Numbered from the stretch's first letter, positions 10,003 through 20,385 are shown. The stretch: 64,000 nt of DNA from Treponemataceae bacterium (GCA_963667725.2 CAXXHO010000003.1:1184001-1248000), one strand, 5' to 3'. Made by a program: numbers and translations. The notes: generated from the sequence alone by a model not told the origin.

Positions 10003-11544
10003 ATGGATTCATATGCGATCGAAATGGCGGGGATCACGAAGATATTCCCCGGTATCATCGCCAATGACAACGTGACGCTTCGCGTGCTGGACAACGAGAT
10101 CCACGCGATACTCGGCGAGAACGGCGCGGGCAAATCGACGCTCATGTCGATTCTCTTCGGCCTGTACGAGCCCGATTCGGGCTCTATTTCCATACGAGGC
10201 AAGGAAGTCAGGATCAAGGACCCGAACCACGCGACCTCGCTCGGCATCGGGATGGTCCATCAGCATTTCAAGCTCGTGCATAACTACACGGTCACCGAAA
10301 ACATAATCCTCGGCAACGAGCCGAGGGACCGATTCGGCAATATCGACATCAATTCCGCGCGGAAACGGGTGGCCGAACTCTCCAAGCTCTATGGCCTCGA
10401 CGTCGATCCGGACTCCACTATCGAAAGCATCACCGTCGGAATGCAGCAGCGCGTCGAGATCCTCAAGATACTTTACAGGAAAGCCGAAATCCTCATTTTC
10501 GACGAACCGACGGCCGTATTGCGGCCTCAGGAGATCGACGAGCTCCTGCAGATTTTCGAGCGCCTCAAATCGGAAGGCAAGACGATCATCCTCATCACCC
10601 ATAAGCTCAAGGAGATCAAACAGGCTGCTTCCCGATGCACGGTGCTCAGACGGGGCAAGATGGTCGGCACGGTGGATGTGGATTCTACTTCCGAAGCCCA
10701 GATGGCAGCGATGATGGTGGGGCGGGAAGTGCTTTTCACCACGGTAAAAACGAAGGCCATTCCCGGCGAGACGGTCCTGCGCATTGAACACCTCTTCGTC
10801 AAGAACTCTCGTGGACTGGAGACCATCAGGGACCTATCCCTAGAAGTCCGCCACGGCGAAGTCGTGGGCATTGCCGGCGTCGACGGCAACGGCCAGGCGG
10901 AGCTGGTAGAGGCCATCACCGGCTTGAGGCCGCTGGAAAAGGGCAGGATTCTCCTCAACGGAAAGGATATTTCCCACGCCTCGATACATAGCAGAATAGA
11001 GTCCGGCATAGGTTACGTCCCCGAAGACAGGCAGAAGGAAGGACTCGTCCTGGATTTCAGGCTGGACGAAAACCTCATCCTGAAAACCTACGGCTCCCCA
11101 GCCTACTGCGGCAAGTTCGGCATCCTCGACCGCAAGGCGATCGAGGAAAATGCCGGAAAACTCATAAAGGCGTTCGACATCAGGACCGGCGAAGGGGCGG
11201 CGACAAAGGTCCGCTCCATGTCGGGAGGGAACCAGCAGAAGGCCGTTATCGCCAGGGAGATAGAACTCTCCCCCGACCTTCTCGTCATCTCCCAGCCTAC
11301 GCGCGGCCTCGATGTGGGCGCCATCGAGAACATCCATTCGCGGATAATAGCGGAGAGGGACAAAGGGCGCGCCGTTCTCCTCATCTCTTTCGAGCTGGAA
11401 GAAATCATGAACCTCTGCGACAGGATAGCGGCGATCTCCAAGGGCGAAATCGTGGGCATCGTGGAGGGGGAATCGGCCGATGAAAGGGAAATCGGCGCCA
11501 TGATGGCGGGAATAGCCCAAAAAGCGCCAGGGGAAAAAGCATGA
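10003..11544 (+). CDS. Nucleoside/sugar (CUT2) ABC transporter ATP-binding protein
   Basis: GENGAGKST, GMVHQHF, SGGNQQK, PTRGLDVGA. Confidence 0.93.
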   Translation: MDSYAIEMAGITKIFPGIIANDNVTLRVLDNEIHAILGENGAGKSTLMSILFGLYEPDSGSISIRGKEVRIKDPNHATSLGIGMVHQHFKLVHNYTVTENIILGNEPRDRFGNIDINSARKRVAELSKLYGLDVDPDSTIESITVGMQQRVEILKILYRKAEILIFDEPTAVLRPQEIDELLQIFERLKSEGKTIILITHKLKEIKQAASRCTVLRRGKMVGTVDVDSTSEAQMAAMMVGREVLFTTVKTKAIPGETVLRIEHLFVKNSRGLETIRDLSLEVRHGEVVGIAGVDGNGQAELVEAITGLRPLEKGRILLNGKDISHASIHSRIESGIGYVPEDRQKEGLVLDFRLDENLILKTYGSPAYCGKFGILDRKAIEENAGKLIKAFDIRTGEGAATKVRSMSGGNQQKAVIAREIELSPDLLVISQPTRGLDVGAIENIHSRIIAERDKGRAVLLISFELEEIMNLCDRIAAISKGEIVGIVEGESADEREIGAMMAGIAQKAPGEKA

Positions 11545-12668
11545 ACAGGACGATCGATCCGCGTAAAGACAGGCTGGAAAGGCTTTTTTCCAATCCAAAG
11601 ACGATTTCCATCTCCGTCGTCCTCCTCGGATTTCTCTGCGGAACCCTTCTCATTCTGATCGTGGGAAAGAACCCCGCCGGAATGTATTCGGCTCTCCTCC
11701 AGACCCTTACCGGCTTTGACATAACCCGCGGCACATGGAACGCGCGCTATATCGGCGAGTGGCTGACCGCGAGCATCCCACTTATCCTCTGCGGTCTTTC
11801 CATGGGATTCGCCGCCAGGACGGGCCTGTTCAACATCGGCGCCGAGGGCCAATACATCGTGGGTTTGACCGTGGCTCAGTTCGTGGCCCTCTACTTCCCT
11901 CCCGTTCCGGTAGTCCACTGGGTGGCGGCCGTGGCCGCCGCGGGGTTGGCCGGGGCGCTCTGGGGAGGCATTGTCGGATGGCTTAAGGCGAAATTCGCTG
12001 TATCTGAAGTCGTGGCCACGATAATGCTCAACTATATAGCCTTCTTCTTCTCGCGATGGACCTCCATGCTGATCCCCGGAGCCAATACCTATAAAACGCC
12101 CAATTTCCCGGCCACGGCTCGCCTCACAAGCCCCCTGTTCGAACAGCTGACGAATGGATCGAGGCTCAGCCTCGGACTATGGGTCGCCCTGCTCTCCTGC
12201 TTGATCTATTGGTTCATCATCGAGAAAACCAAGACAGGCTTCGAACTGAGAGCCACCGGCTTCAACCGGGACGCCGCTCGCTATGCCGGCGTCAGGGTAA
12301 CGCGAAGCATCACGACGTCGATGCTCATTGCGGGCATGTTCGCAGGATTCGCGGGCGCCGTCGTCGCGCTTGGCTCCTTCAGCTATGGGCGCGTCCTGGG
12401 CGGCTATGACAATTATGGGTTCAACGGCATCGCCGTCGCGCTCATAGGGAACAACAATGCCGGAGGCACGCTGATCGCCGGCCTGCTCTTCGGGATGCTG
12501 TCTTCCGCCCAGCCTCTCATGCAGTCCAGGCAGATTCCCAAGGAGATAACCCTCATCATTTCCGGCCTCGTGGTCGTGCTCATCTCCATGCGCGCCGGAG
12601 TGAAGCTCATCCTCGACTGGAAAGCCAAGAAGAACGCGCAGGCGCAGAAGGAAGCCCACGATGAATAG
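11541..12668 (+). CDS. Nucleoside ABC transporter permease
   Basis: GLFNIGAEGQ and EVVATIMLNYI motifs; multiple TM helices. Confidence 0.92.
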   Translation: MNRTIDPRKDRLERLFSNPKTISISVVLLGFLCGTLLILIVGKNPAGMYSALLQTLTGFDITRGTWNARYIGEWLTASIPLILCGLSMGFAARTGLFNIGAEGQYIVGLTVAQFVALYFPPVPVVHWVAAVAAAGLAGALWGGIVGWLKAKFAVSEVVATIMLNYIAFFFSRWTSMLIPGANTYKTPNFPATARLTSPLFEQLTNGSRLSLGLWVALLSCLIYWFIIEKTKTGFELRATGFNRDAARYAGVRVTRSITTSMLIAGMFAGFAGAVVALGSFSYGRVLGGYDNYGFNGIAVALIGNNNAGGTLIAGLLFGMLSSAQPLMQSRQIPKEITLIISGLVVVLISMRAGVKLILDWKAKKNAQAQKEAHDE

Positions 12669-13563
12669 CCTTATCGCCATGATCCCGTCCATCCTCATGA
12701 TCGTCTCGCCGATCCTCATCACCGCCGCGGGAGGCATGATCTGCGAACGCGCCGGCATCGTGAACATAGCCCTGGAAGGACTCATGGGTGTCGGCGCCTT
12801 CACCGCAGCCACAATTCATTATTTCCTGGAGCCTTCCACCTCCTACTCCATCTGGATAGCCCTGGGCGTGGGCGCTCTCGCGGGTGTTCTTACCTCCCTT
12901 ATCCACGCTTTCGCTTCCATAACGCTCAACGCGAACCAGACGGTCTCCGGAACGGGCATCAACCTTCTGGTGACGGGAGGGACGGCCTTTCTCGCTCAGA
13001 TCATCTTCAAGATGGAGCGAACATTGCCTTTCAAACTAGGAATGATGCCCGGAATCGGGGGGATCTACCCGACGGCATGGATAGCGCTCGCCGTTGTCGT
13101 CGTCGCATGGTTCGTTCTATACAAAAGGCCTTTTGGAATGCGCCTTCGTGCCTGCGGCGAACATCCCCAGGCGGCGGCCTCGGCCGGCATCGACGTTCGC
13201 AGGACGCGCTACATCGCCGTCATGATCTCGGGAGCCCTCGGCGGTCTGGCCGGCGGCTGCCTCGTACTGACTCAGACCATCCAGTACACGGTGAACACGA
13301 TAAACGGGGCGGGATTCATAGCCCTCGCCGCCGTATCATTCGGAAGATGGCTGCCTAAGGGAATAACGGCCGCATCCCTCCTCTTCGGCACGGCGACCGC
13401 GCTCTCCATCTACATGGTCAACATACAGAGCCTTCGCTTTCTTCCCCCGGAATTTTTCAGCGTTATGCCCTATATCATCACGCTTGTGACGCTCATGGTC
13501 TTCTCGGGCAAAGAATACGCGCCCAGAGCCTCGGGGCAGCCCTATGAGCGAAGCGGCAGCTGA
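12661..13563 (+). CDS. Nucleoside ABC transporter permease
   Basis: ERAGIVNIALEG, RLRACGEHP, GFIALAA. Confidence 0.92.
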   Translation: MNSLIAMIPSILMIVSPILITAAGGMICERAGIVNIALEGLMGVGAFTAATIHYFLEPSTSYSIWIALGVGALAGVLTSLIHAFASITLNANQTVSGTGINLLVTGGTAFLAQIIFKMERTLPFKLGMMPGIGGIYPTAWIALAVVVVAWFVLYKRPFGMRLRACGEHPQAAASAGIDVRRTRYIAVMISGALGGLAGGCLVLTQTIQYTVNTINGAGFIALAAVSFGRWLPKGITAASLLFGTATALSIYMVNIQSLRFLPPEFFSVMPYIITLVTLMVFSGKEYAPRASGQPYERSGS

Positions 13564-13579
13564 ATCAAAAGGAGAATAT

Positions 13580-14338
13580 ATGCATTCATCGAGAATTCAC
13601 GAGAGGAAACTTGAACACTTTTCTTCCGGCACGCCGCACAATTCCGCGAAGAAAGGCGATTTCGCGCCCATCGTGCTCATGCCCGGAGATCCCCTGCGCG
13701 CCCAGTACATAGCGGAAACCCGCCTGAAGAACCCCAGAAAAGTGACCGGAGTCCGCAACATGCTCGGCTTCACCGGCAGCTGGGAAGGCAAGGATGTCAC
13801 CGTCATGAGTTCAGGAATGGGCGCCCCCTCCATGGGCATCTACTCCTTCGAACTCTTCGCCTTCTACGGCGTCGAGAGCATCGTCAGGATAGGCACCTGC
13901 GGCGGCATGACCGCCGATATCGACGTCGGCGACATCGTCATCGCGATGACGGCCTCCACCGATTCAAACTACGCGCATCAGTATGGCCTGAAGGGCTCTT
14001 TCTCGCCCTGCGCCAGCTATTCCCTACTCGAAAAAGCCGTGGCGTCGGCGCGAAAACGCGGCATCAGGCATTGGGTTGGCGGCATATTCTCCTCAGACGT
14101 TTTTTCGCTTTACAGCGCCCTCGACGATGAGGATGGCTGGAAGAAATGGGCGTCTATGGGCTGCGCCGCTACCGACATGGAGTGCTTCGCCCTCTACTGC
14201 AACGCCGCCTATCTCAAGAAAAAAGCCCTCACCCTTCTCACCTGTTCGGATTCCAACATCTCCAGGAAGGAGATGACGCCCGAAGAGAGGCAGACCTCTC
14301 TCAATTCCATGTTCGACGTGGCGCTGGACCTTATTTGA
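13580..14338 (+). CDS. deoD: Purine nucleoside phosphorylase, DeoD type
   Basis: TPHN, VLMPGDPLRA, VRNMLGFTG, GMGAPS, RIGTCG; ends the nucleoside uptake operon. Confidence 0.88.
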   Translation: MHSSRIHERKLEHFSSGTPHNSAKKGDFAPIVLMPGDPLRAQYIAETRLKNPRKVTGVRNMLGFTGSWEGKDVTVMSSGMGAPSMGIYSFELFAFYGVESIVRIGTCGGMTADIDVGDIVIAMTASTDSNYAHQYGLKGSFSPCASYSLLEKAVASARKRGIRHWVGGIFSSDVFSLYSALDDEDGWKKWASMGCAATDMECFALYCNAAYLKKKALTLLTCSDSNISRKEMTPEERQTSLNSMFDVALDLI

Positions 14339-14349
14339 GGCATCCCCCG

Positions 14350-15009
14350 ATGCCTCCGATGCCCCCAATGGAATTTTCCCTTGATGCGGCAAAGGCGGAG
14401 CGTTTTCTCGAGACCATGAGGAAGCGCTTTGCCAGCAAGCGATTCAGGAAGGACCTGCCGCTCTCCATCGACACGATCGAGTTCCTACTGGAATGCGGGA
14501 GGCTTTCCCCTTCCTCTTTCGGCCTCGAACCCTGGCACTTTGTCGTCGCTGTAAATTCTGAGTCGATCAAGGCCCTGGGGGACGCGTGCTTTGCCCAAGA
14601 CGCCGTCTACACCAGCCCATGCGTCATCGTCATCCTCGCGCGCAAGGAAGCCGCGTATAGCCTCGGTTCGGCCTTCCTGACGCAAAGGGCCGAACGCTTT
14701 CCGGGAGGCTACCCCGTCTTCGAGGCCGACTACAAAGGCTACCATGATTTTCTAATGAAGGAAGGCCGAATCCTTCATTGGACGCGCGCCCAGACCTATA
14801 TCGCCTGCGCCAATATGATGACGGGCGCGGCATCCCTCGATCTCGATTCATGTCCATTAGAGGGTTTCGACGAAGCCGAGGTTCTGTCAGCCATAGATAA
14901 GGGCGAAAAAGAATGGACGGTGGGTATTGTGGTCGCCTTTGGCCGCCGCGATGAGGAAATTCGCCCCAAGATACGAGAAATGCTCTCAAACATGTATGAA
15001 ATTATATAA
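14350..15009 (+). CDS. Nitroreductase family NAD(P)H-dependent oxidoreductase
   Basis: RFASKRF, LSPSSFGLEPWHF, LDSCPLEGFD. Start is one of ATG 14350, 14359 or 14368. Confidence 0.88.
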   Translation: MPPMPPMEFSLDAAKAERFLETMRKRFASKRFRKDLPLSIDTIEFLLECGRLSPSSFGLEPWHFVVAVNSESIKALGDACFAQDAVYTSPCVIVILARKEAAYSLGSAFLTQRAERFPGGYPVFEADYKGYHDFLMKEGRILHWTRAQTYIACANMMTGAASLDLDSCPLEGFDEAEVLSAIDKGEKEWTVGIVVAFGRRDEEIRPKIREMLSNMYEII

Positions 15010-15038
15010 CCGAAATTCAATGACTCTGGCCGCATAAC

Positions 15039-15619
15039 GACGCTTCGGGCAAATGCACCCTGATCCCCGCCAACGGCAAGGCAGCGGCCGTTCCGCCCAA
15101 TTTCAAGGTTCGGAGCTATCCAACGCATGAGGATCATGGATTCATCTGGATCTGGTGGGGCGAAGGCCGGCCCTCCCCCTCGGTTCCGGCAAGTTCTTCA
15201 TGTACGTCTACAATGAAGCGGATTCGGGCCAGAAGCCCAAGACGCCGGCGCAGGTTCCCGTTCCGAACCCTAATGGTTTCAAGCTCGAATTCATCTACCC
15301 CAATCTGTGGGAAAACCGGATCGCCGACAAAGTGAGAGTGTTAGGCGCCTTCATCCCCGTGGATGGCGAACACACCCTCCTCTACCTGCGGTTCTACCAA
15401 GCCTTCGCCCTCATCCCCCTTCTGGGCGACTTGATAGCCAAAGCCGCCATGCCCTTCAACCTTCTCGTCGCCCACCAGGACAGAGCGGTGGTGCGGACGC
15501 AGGTGCCCAAGGCATCGGGGCTCGGCAGAGGGGAGAATCTATTCCAGGGCGACAAGCCCATCATGGAATACCGCAAACGCAGGAAGGAGCTGCAGGAAAA
15601 GGCGGAAAACCAAGCCTGA
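15039..15619 (+). pseudogene. Degraded Rieske non-heme iron oxygenase alpha subunit (VanA/KshA-like)
   Basis: Frame at 15039 reads DASGKCTLIPANG...FKVRSYPTHEDHGFIWIWWG, the Rieske domain tail without its Cys/His ligands. A different frame then gives the C-terminus (FIYPNLW...PVDGEHT...HQDRAVV...GDKPIMEYRK). The catalytic middle is missing. Confidence 0.75.
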
Positions 15620-15621
15620 CG

Positions 15622-15669
15622 AAAAAGGCGCGCGCCGCTTTAGCGGCATGCGCTCAAGCGGCGCGCGTC
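15622..15669 (-). terminator. Intrinsic terminator of tyrS
   Basis: GC-rich stem (GCGCGCCGCTT...AAGCGGCGCGC) with a T5 tail on the minus strand. Confidence 0.6.
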
Positions 15670-15683
15670 CCTAACCTTAGCGC

Positions 15684-16916
15684 CTATTCCAGCACCACCC
15701 TGCAGACGCGTTTTTTGCCGGCGCGCAGGAAGAGGGCGCCCTCAGCAAGATCTTTCGTCGAAAATACCGCCGACTCGTCGGCGACTCTCTCTCCATTCAC
15801 AGAAGCGCCGCCCTGCTGTACGAGGCGCCTGGCCTCGCTCTTGGAACCGACAAGCTTCGCCTCAAGGAAAAGATCCAGCACGGCGATTCCCGCGTCCAGC
15901 CTGGCCGCCGTCAGCGCCACCGAAGGGATTTCCCCCACGTCGCCCAGACCGACGCCGCCAAAGGCCGCCTTGGCCGCCTGGAGGGCTTTGTCGGCCTCTT
16001 CCTTGCCATGAATAATGGCCGTGACTTCCCAGGCGAGCTTTTCTTTTGCCTTGTTGATCTCGGCATCGGCGCCATTCGCCAGACGCCTGCATTCTTCGAC
16101 GGAAAGGAAGGTGAACATCAGAAGGAAGCGTTCGACGTCAGCGTCCTGGACGTTGCGCCAATACTGGAAGAATTCGTAGGGGCTCGTCATGGACGGATCC
16201 AGGAAGAGGGCTCCCTTTTCCGTTTTGCCCATCTTCTTGCCGTCGCTTGTCGTCACGAGGGGGAAAGTGAGGCCGAAGCACTCGGCGCCTTCCACCCGGC
16301 GGATGAGCTCGATACCGGCCACTATGTTGCCCCACTGGTCATCGCCGCCCACCTGGAGACGACATCCGTGACGCTTGTAGAGCTGCAGGAAATCATAGCT
16401 CTGCAGGAGCTGATAGTTGAATTCAATAAACGAAAGGCCTGTTTCCAGCCTCATTTTATACGCTTCGAAGGAGAGCATCCGGTTGACGGAAAAGTGCCTG
16501 CCTATATCGCGGAGGAAGTCGATGTAGTTGAGATTGGCCAGCCAGTTCTTGTTGTTGTCCGAATATAAAGTCTTCCCGTCGAAGGACATGAAATTGTCGA
16601 GCTGCGCGAGAAAGCGGCTGGCGTTGGCGTCGATTTCCTCATAGCTGATGATCTGCCTCATGGTCGTCTTGCCCGAAGGATCGCCGATGCGCGCCGTCCC
16701 TCCGCCCATAAGGACGATCGCGTTGTTGCCTGCCTCGTGGAGATGCCTTATCGCGAAATAGGGAACCATATGCCCGATATGCAGCGAAGGACCTGTGGGA
16801 TCGCAGCCTTCATACAGAGTGATGGGTCCTTCGTCCATAAGCCTGGACAGTCCTTCGATGTCCGTGCACTGCTGGATGAACCCTCGTTCTTTCAGTATTT
16901 CTAGCGCTTTATTCAT
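15684..16916 (-). CDS. tyrS: Tyrosine--tRNA ligase
   Basis: HIGH, KMGKT, YQLLQSYDF and a C-terminal S4 domain. RBS AAGGAG before ATG 16916. Confidence 0.97.
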   Translation of the reverse strand: MNKALEILKERGFIQQCTDIEGLSRLMDEGPITLYEGCDPTGPSLHIGHMVPYFAIRHLHEAGNNAIVLMGGGTARIGDPSGKTTMRQIISYEEIDANASRFLAQLDNFMSFDGKTLYSDNNKNWLANLNYIDFLRDIGRHFSVNRMLSFEAYKMRLETGLSFIEFNYQLLQSYDFLQLYKRHGCRLQVGGDDQWGNIVAGIELIRRVEGAECFGLTFPLVTTSDGKKMGKTEKGALFLDPSMTSPYEFFQYWRNVQDADVERFLLMFTFLSVEECRRLANGADAEINKAKEKLAWEVTAIIHGKEEADKALQAAKAAFGGVGLGDVGEIPSVALTAARLDAGIAVLDLFLEAKLVGSKSEARRLVQQGGASVNGERVADESAVFSTKDLAEGALFLRAGKKRVCRVVLE

Positions 16917-17131
16917 GAGATCTCCTTGCCTTGAAGGGCAGTATATCGATGATGACGTTATTTTCTCAATATCTACGACGCATATTTCCAATACTACGCA
17001 AATATTATTTTATTTTTCTTTCCATATGTGCTATTATTGCCATATAGAACCGTGTTGCAATGTGCGCGGAGCCCTCTGGCAAAGCGCCATTTACCGGTTT
17101 GGACCCAGAGATTCCTTCAAGGAGATGAACC

Positions 17132-17431
17132 ATGGCGACAAATGGAACAGCGATGACAAAAGCCCAGCTCGTGACCACGCTTTCCGAAAAGACCGGTATG
17201 ACCAAAAAAGATGTGAAGGGCTTTCTTGAGGCTCTAGCCGAAGTGTCTTACAAAGAAGTGAAAAAAAACAAGAAGTTCACGCTTCCCGGTTTTGGAATCC
17301 TGAAGCTTGCCAAGCGCAAGGCCCGCACCGGCAGGAATCCCGCCACCGGCGAAACGATCAAGATTCCCGCCAAGACAGCGGTAAAATTCACCGTGTCCAA
17401 AGCCTGCAAAGAAGGCGTTCTCGGAAAATAA
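17132..17431 (+). CDS. hup: HU family DNA-binding protein
   Basis: MTKAQL, LPGFG, RKARTGRNPATGETIKIPA. Confidence 0.95.
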   Translation: MATNGTAMTKAQLVTTLSEKTGMTKKDVKGFLEALAEVSYKEVKKNKKFTLPGFGILKLAKRKARTGRNPATGETIKIPAKTAVKFTVSKACKEGVLGK

Positions 17432-17432
17432 C

Positions 17433-17470
17433 GAGAAAAGCCGCGGCTTCTGGCCGCGGCTCTCTTTTAT
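17433..17470. terminator. Probable bidirectional terminator between hup and glyQS
   Basis: AGCCGCGGC-TTCTG-GCCGCGGCT stem with A-rich and T-rich flanks. Confidence 0.7.
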
Positions 17471-17533
17471 TAGCGTTTCAGCCCATCAATGCTCTTCCAG
17501 CATCGACGATGTCTATGTCGCCGCCTGTATTTT

Positions 17534-18883
17534 TTACGCCCGCTTATATGCCTTGATCCTAGCTCTGATATAGCCCGACAGCTCTGAAACGGCGACGCGC
17601 TCCTGCTGCATCGTGTCGCGGTCGCGCACGGTGACGGTGCCGTCTTCCTTCGTCTGGTAGTCAATGGTGACGCAGAATGGCGTTCCCACCTCGTCCTGGC
17701 GCCGGTAGCGGCGGCCGATGGCGCCTCCCTGATCGTAGTCGGTGGAAAAATCTTCTTTCAGTTCAGCGCGTATATCCTTCGCCAGCTCGGCCAAGCCGTC
17801 CTTCTTCATGAGGGGGAGAACGGCGACGGTGATAGGCGCGAGCGTGGGATGGAAGTGCATGACCGTCCTCCAATCATCGTCGGTACCCTTGTCGGCCACC
17901 TTCTGTTCTTCGTAGGCGTCGCAGAGAACCATGAGGAGCTGCCTCGTGAGCCCGGCGCTCGTCTCGATGATGAAGGGAATGTAGCGCGCGTTCCCGTCGT
18001 CCTGGTCGATGTACTGGAGGTCTTTGCCAGAGAATTCCTGGTGGCGGTTGAGGTCGAAGTTCGTCCTGTTGTGGACGCCCTCGAGCTCCTTGAAGCCCAT
18101 GGGGAACTCATATTCGATGTCGTAGGCGTCCTTGGCGTAGTGGGCGAGCTCGTCCGGGCCGTGGCGATGCCAGCGCAGCTTGTCCATGCGCACACCCAGT
18201 TTGGCGTAGTAAGCCCAGCGCTGCTCGCGCCAGTAGTCGAAGAACTTCTCGTCCTCGCCCGGTTTCACGAAATACTGCATCTCCATCTGCTCGAACTCGC
18301 AGGTGCGGAAGATGAAGTTCTTGGTGACGATTTCGTTGCGGAAGGCCTTGCCGATCTGGGCGATGCCGAAGGGAATCTTCATGCGGTTGGACTGGACGAT
18401 GTTCTTGTAGTTGACGTAGATGCCCTGGGCGGTCTCGGGGCGCAAGTATATGAGGCCGGAGCCGTCGTCCACGGGGCCGATATTCGTCTTGAACATGAGG
18501 TTGAACTTGCGGGTATCGGTGAGTTCGCCGCCGCATTCGGGACATTCTTTTTTCGCCAGCTTGTCGGGGTCGATCTGGTCGGCCCTGAAGCGCTGCTTGC
18601 ACTTCTTGCAGTCGACGAGGGGGTCGGTGAAGTTCTCGACATGACCGGAAGCTTCCCAAACGCGGGGATGCATGAGGATGGCGGCGTCGAGACCGACGAT
18701 GTCGTCGTGGAGCTGCGTCATTTCCTTCCACCAGAATCGCGCGATGCGGTTCTTCAGTTCGACGCCCATGGGACCGTAATCCCAGGCTCCGGACTGTCCG
18801 CCGTAGATTTCCGACGACTGGAAGACGAAGCCGCGCCGCTTGGCCAGGGAGACGATCTTCTCCATGCTGATGCTGTTGTCCAT
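17534..18883 (-). CDS. glyQS: Glycine--tRNA ligase, homodimeric type
   Basis: KRRGF, YLRPETAQG, FRNEI, FEQME, IGRRYRRQDEVGTPFC. Confidence 0.97.
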   Translation of the reverse strand: MDNSISMEKIVSLAKRRGFVFQSSEIYGGQSGAWDYGPMGVELKNRIARFWWKEMTQLHDDIVGLDAAILMHPRVWEASGHVENFTDPLVDCKKCKQRFRADQIDPDKLAKKECPECGGELTDTRKFNLMFKTNIGPVDDGSGLIYLRPETAQGIYVNYKNIVQSNRMKIPFGIAQIGKAFRNEIVTKNFIFRTCEFEQMEMQYFVKPGEDEKFFDYWREQRWAYYAKLGVRMDKLRWHRHGPDELAHYAKDAYDIEYEFPMGFKELEGVHNRTNFDLNRHQEFSGKDLQYIDQDDGNARYIPFIIETSAGLTRQLLMVLCDAYEEQKVADKGTDDDWRTVMHFHPTLAPITVAVLPLMKKDGLAELAKDIRAELKEDFSTDYDQGGAIGRRYRRQDEVGTPFCVTIDYQTKEDGTVTVRDRDTMQQERVAVSELSGYIRARIKAYKRA

Positions 18884-19141
18884 GAAATAACTCCTGTACG
18901 CCGATTCCGGGAGCTTTGCTCACGAAATCAGCGCGCGAAACGTATTTCGTTTCGCGAGCCCTGCTTTCGCACCGCCGACGGTTACGGCGGCGCGCCTTGA
19001 CGGGGCTTGGTCGGCGAACTGGCTCTAAAAAGCTCCCCGATGTCCCGAAGGTGCGCCAACGGGAGGACCTGCAGCCCTCCCGTTGGCGTTGCGCGATTAT
19101 AAGCCAATTTTATCGCTCGGGGCTAGCCATCAAATGCGGAC

Positions 19142-19175
19142 AAAAAAAGGGGACCATCCATTGGACGGCCCCCTT
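19142..19175 (-). terminator. Intrinsic terminator after the amino-acid binding protein gene
   Basis: Minus strand reads GGGGCCGTCC-AAT-GGATGGTCCCC-TTTTTTT. Confidence 0.8.
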
Positions 19176-19245
19176 CCCCATTATCGGAAATCAGGAATAT
19201 ATTCCGCCGCGCGGCGCTTGGGCACAACGCGCGGGTTGCCGAAGC

Positions 19246-20385
19246 TTAGGGATTTACCGTGGTCTTATAGACCTGCTGGCCGTCCTTCATCTCGATGATG
19301 ACGACAGACTTCATGGGATTGCGGAACTCGTCGTAAGTGATCTGGCCGCCTACACAGGCGAGGTTGGTCGTCTTGAGAGCGTCGCGGATGGCTTCGTTCT
19401 TCGTCGAGCCGGCGCGCTTGATGGCGTCGAGCATGATGTTCATGCCGTCGTAGGCGAGAACCGCGAGGGCGTCAGGTGCGGCGCCGTACTTGGCGCTGTA
19501 TTTTTGCACGATGGCTTGAACTTCGGGGCGGGTATCGTCCTTGGAATAATGATTGGTGAAGTAACCGCCATTGACGGCGTCGCCGCCGATGTTCACGAGT
19601 TCGGAGGAATCCCAGCCGTCGACGCCCAGAAGGGTGCCTTTGAAGCCGAGTTCGCGAACCTGTTTGGCGATGAGACCGACGTCGCTGTAATACGCCGGGA
19701 TATAAAGGCATTCGGGATTCGTCTGGACGATCTTGGTCAGCTGCGCCTTGAAGTCGGTTACGCCGGAAGCGTAGCCTTCGCTCGCCACGATCGTTCCGCC
19801 GAGGGCCGTGAAGGACTGGGTGAAGGTTTCGGCGAGACCTTTCGAATAGTCGTTGCCGAGGTCGAAGATGATTCCGACGTTCTTGATGCCGAGATCTTCG
19901 CTGGCGAACTTCGCGCCCACCTTGCCCTGGAAGGGGTCGATGAAACAACTGCGATAGATATAGTCGCCGATGAGGGTGACTTTCTCGTTGGTCGCCGTGG
20001 GCGTGAGCATCGGAATCTTGGCGGCCTGCGCGATAGGCGCGCCCGCGACGGCGACTCTCGACGTGATGCCGCCGACGATGGCGACTACCTTATCCTGCTC
20101 TATCACCTTCGTGAACACGGAGGCGCCTTCGGCGGGATCGCCTTTGTCGTCCTCGACGACGAGCTTGACCTGCTTTCCAAGCACTCCACCAGCTGCGTTC
20201 CACTCTTCAACCGCGAGTTCCATGCCGTTCTTGGTGGACTGACCATAGGTCGCGGCCTCACCGGTGAGCGGATTGATGGAAGCGATCTTGATCTCTTTTG
20301 CTTTCTGACCACCGCAGGATATCATCGCGAAAGCGGCCAAAACCGCCATCACCGATACCATCACCTTCGTAAAACGCGTTCTCAT
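19246..20385 (-). CDS. Branched-chain amino acid ABC substrate-binding lipoprotein (LivJ/LivK-like), orphan
   Basis: Lipobox MISC, PLTGEAATYG, FIDPFQG, DFKAQLT, ALAVLAYDG. No permease genes adjacent. Confidence 0.88.
   Translation of the reverse strand: MRTRFTKVMVSVMAVLAAFAMISCGGQKAKEIKIASINPLTGEAATYGQSTKNGMELAVEEWNAAGGVLGKQVKLVVEDDKGDPAEGASVFTKVIEQDKVVAIVGGITSRVAVAGAPIAQAAKIPMLTPTATNEKVTLIGDYIYRSCFIDPFQGKVGAKFASEDLGIKNVGIIFDLGNDYSKGLAETFTQSFTALGGTIVASEGYASGVTDFKAQLTKIVQTNPECLYIPAYYSDVGLIAKQVRELGFKGTLLGVDGWDSSELVNIGGDAVNGGYFTNHYSKDDTRPEVQAIVQKYSAKYGAAPDALAVLAYDGMNIMLDAIKRAGSTKNEAIRDALKTTNLACVGGQITYDEFRNPMKSVVIIEMKDGQQVYKTTVNP

Noticed and set aside
14341..14370. 9-nt tandem repeat encoding MPPMPPM
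   Set aside because: Three degenerate copies only; it affects start-site choice and nothing more.
16917..17131. T-box leader for tyrS (also checked glnS and gltX)
   Set aside because: No T-box motif. The region is explained by divergent promoters (TTGAGA-18-TATACT for tyrS).
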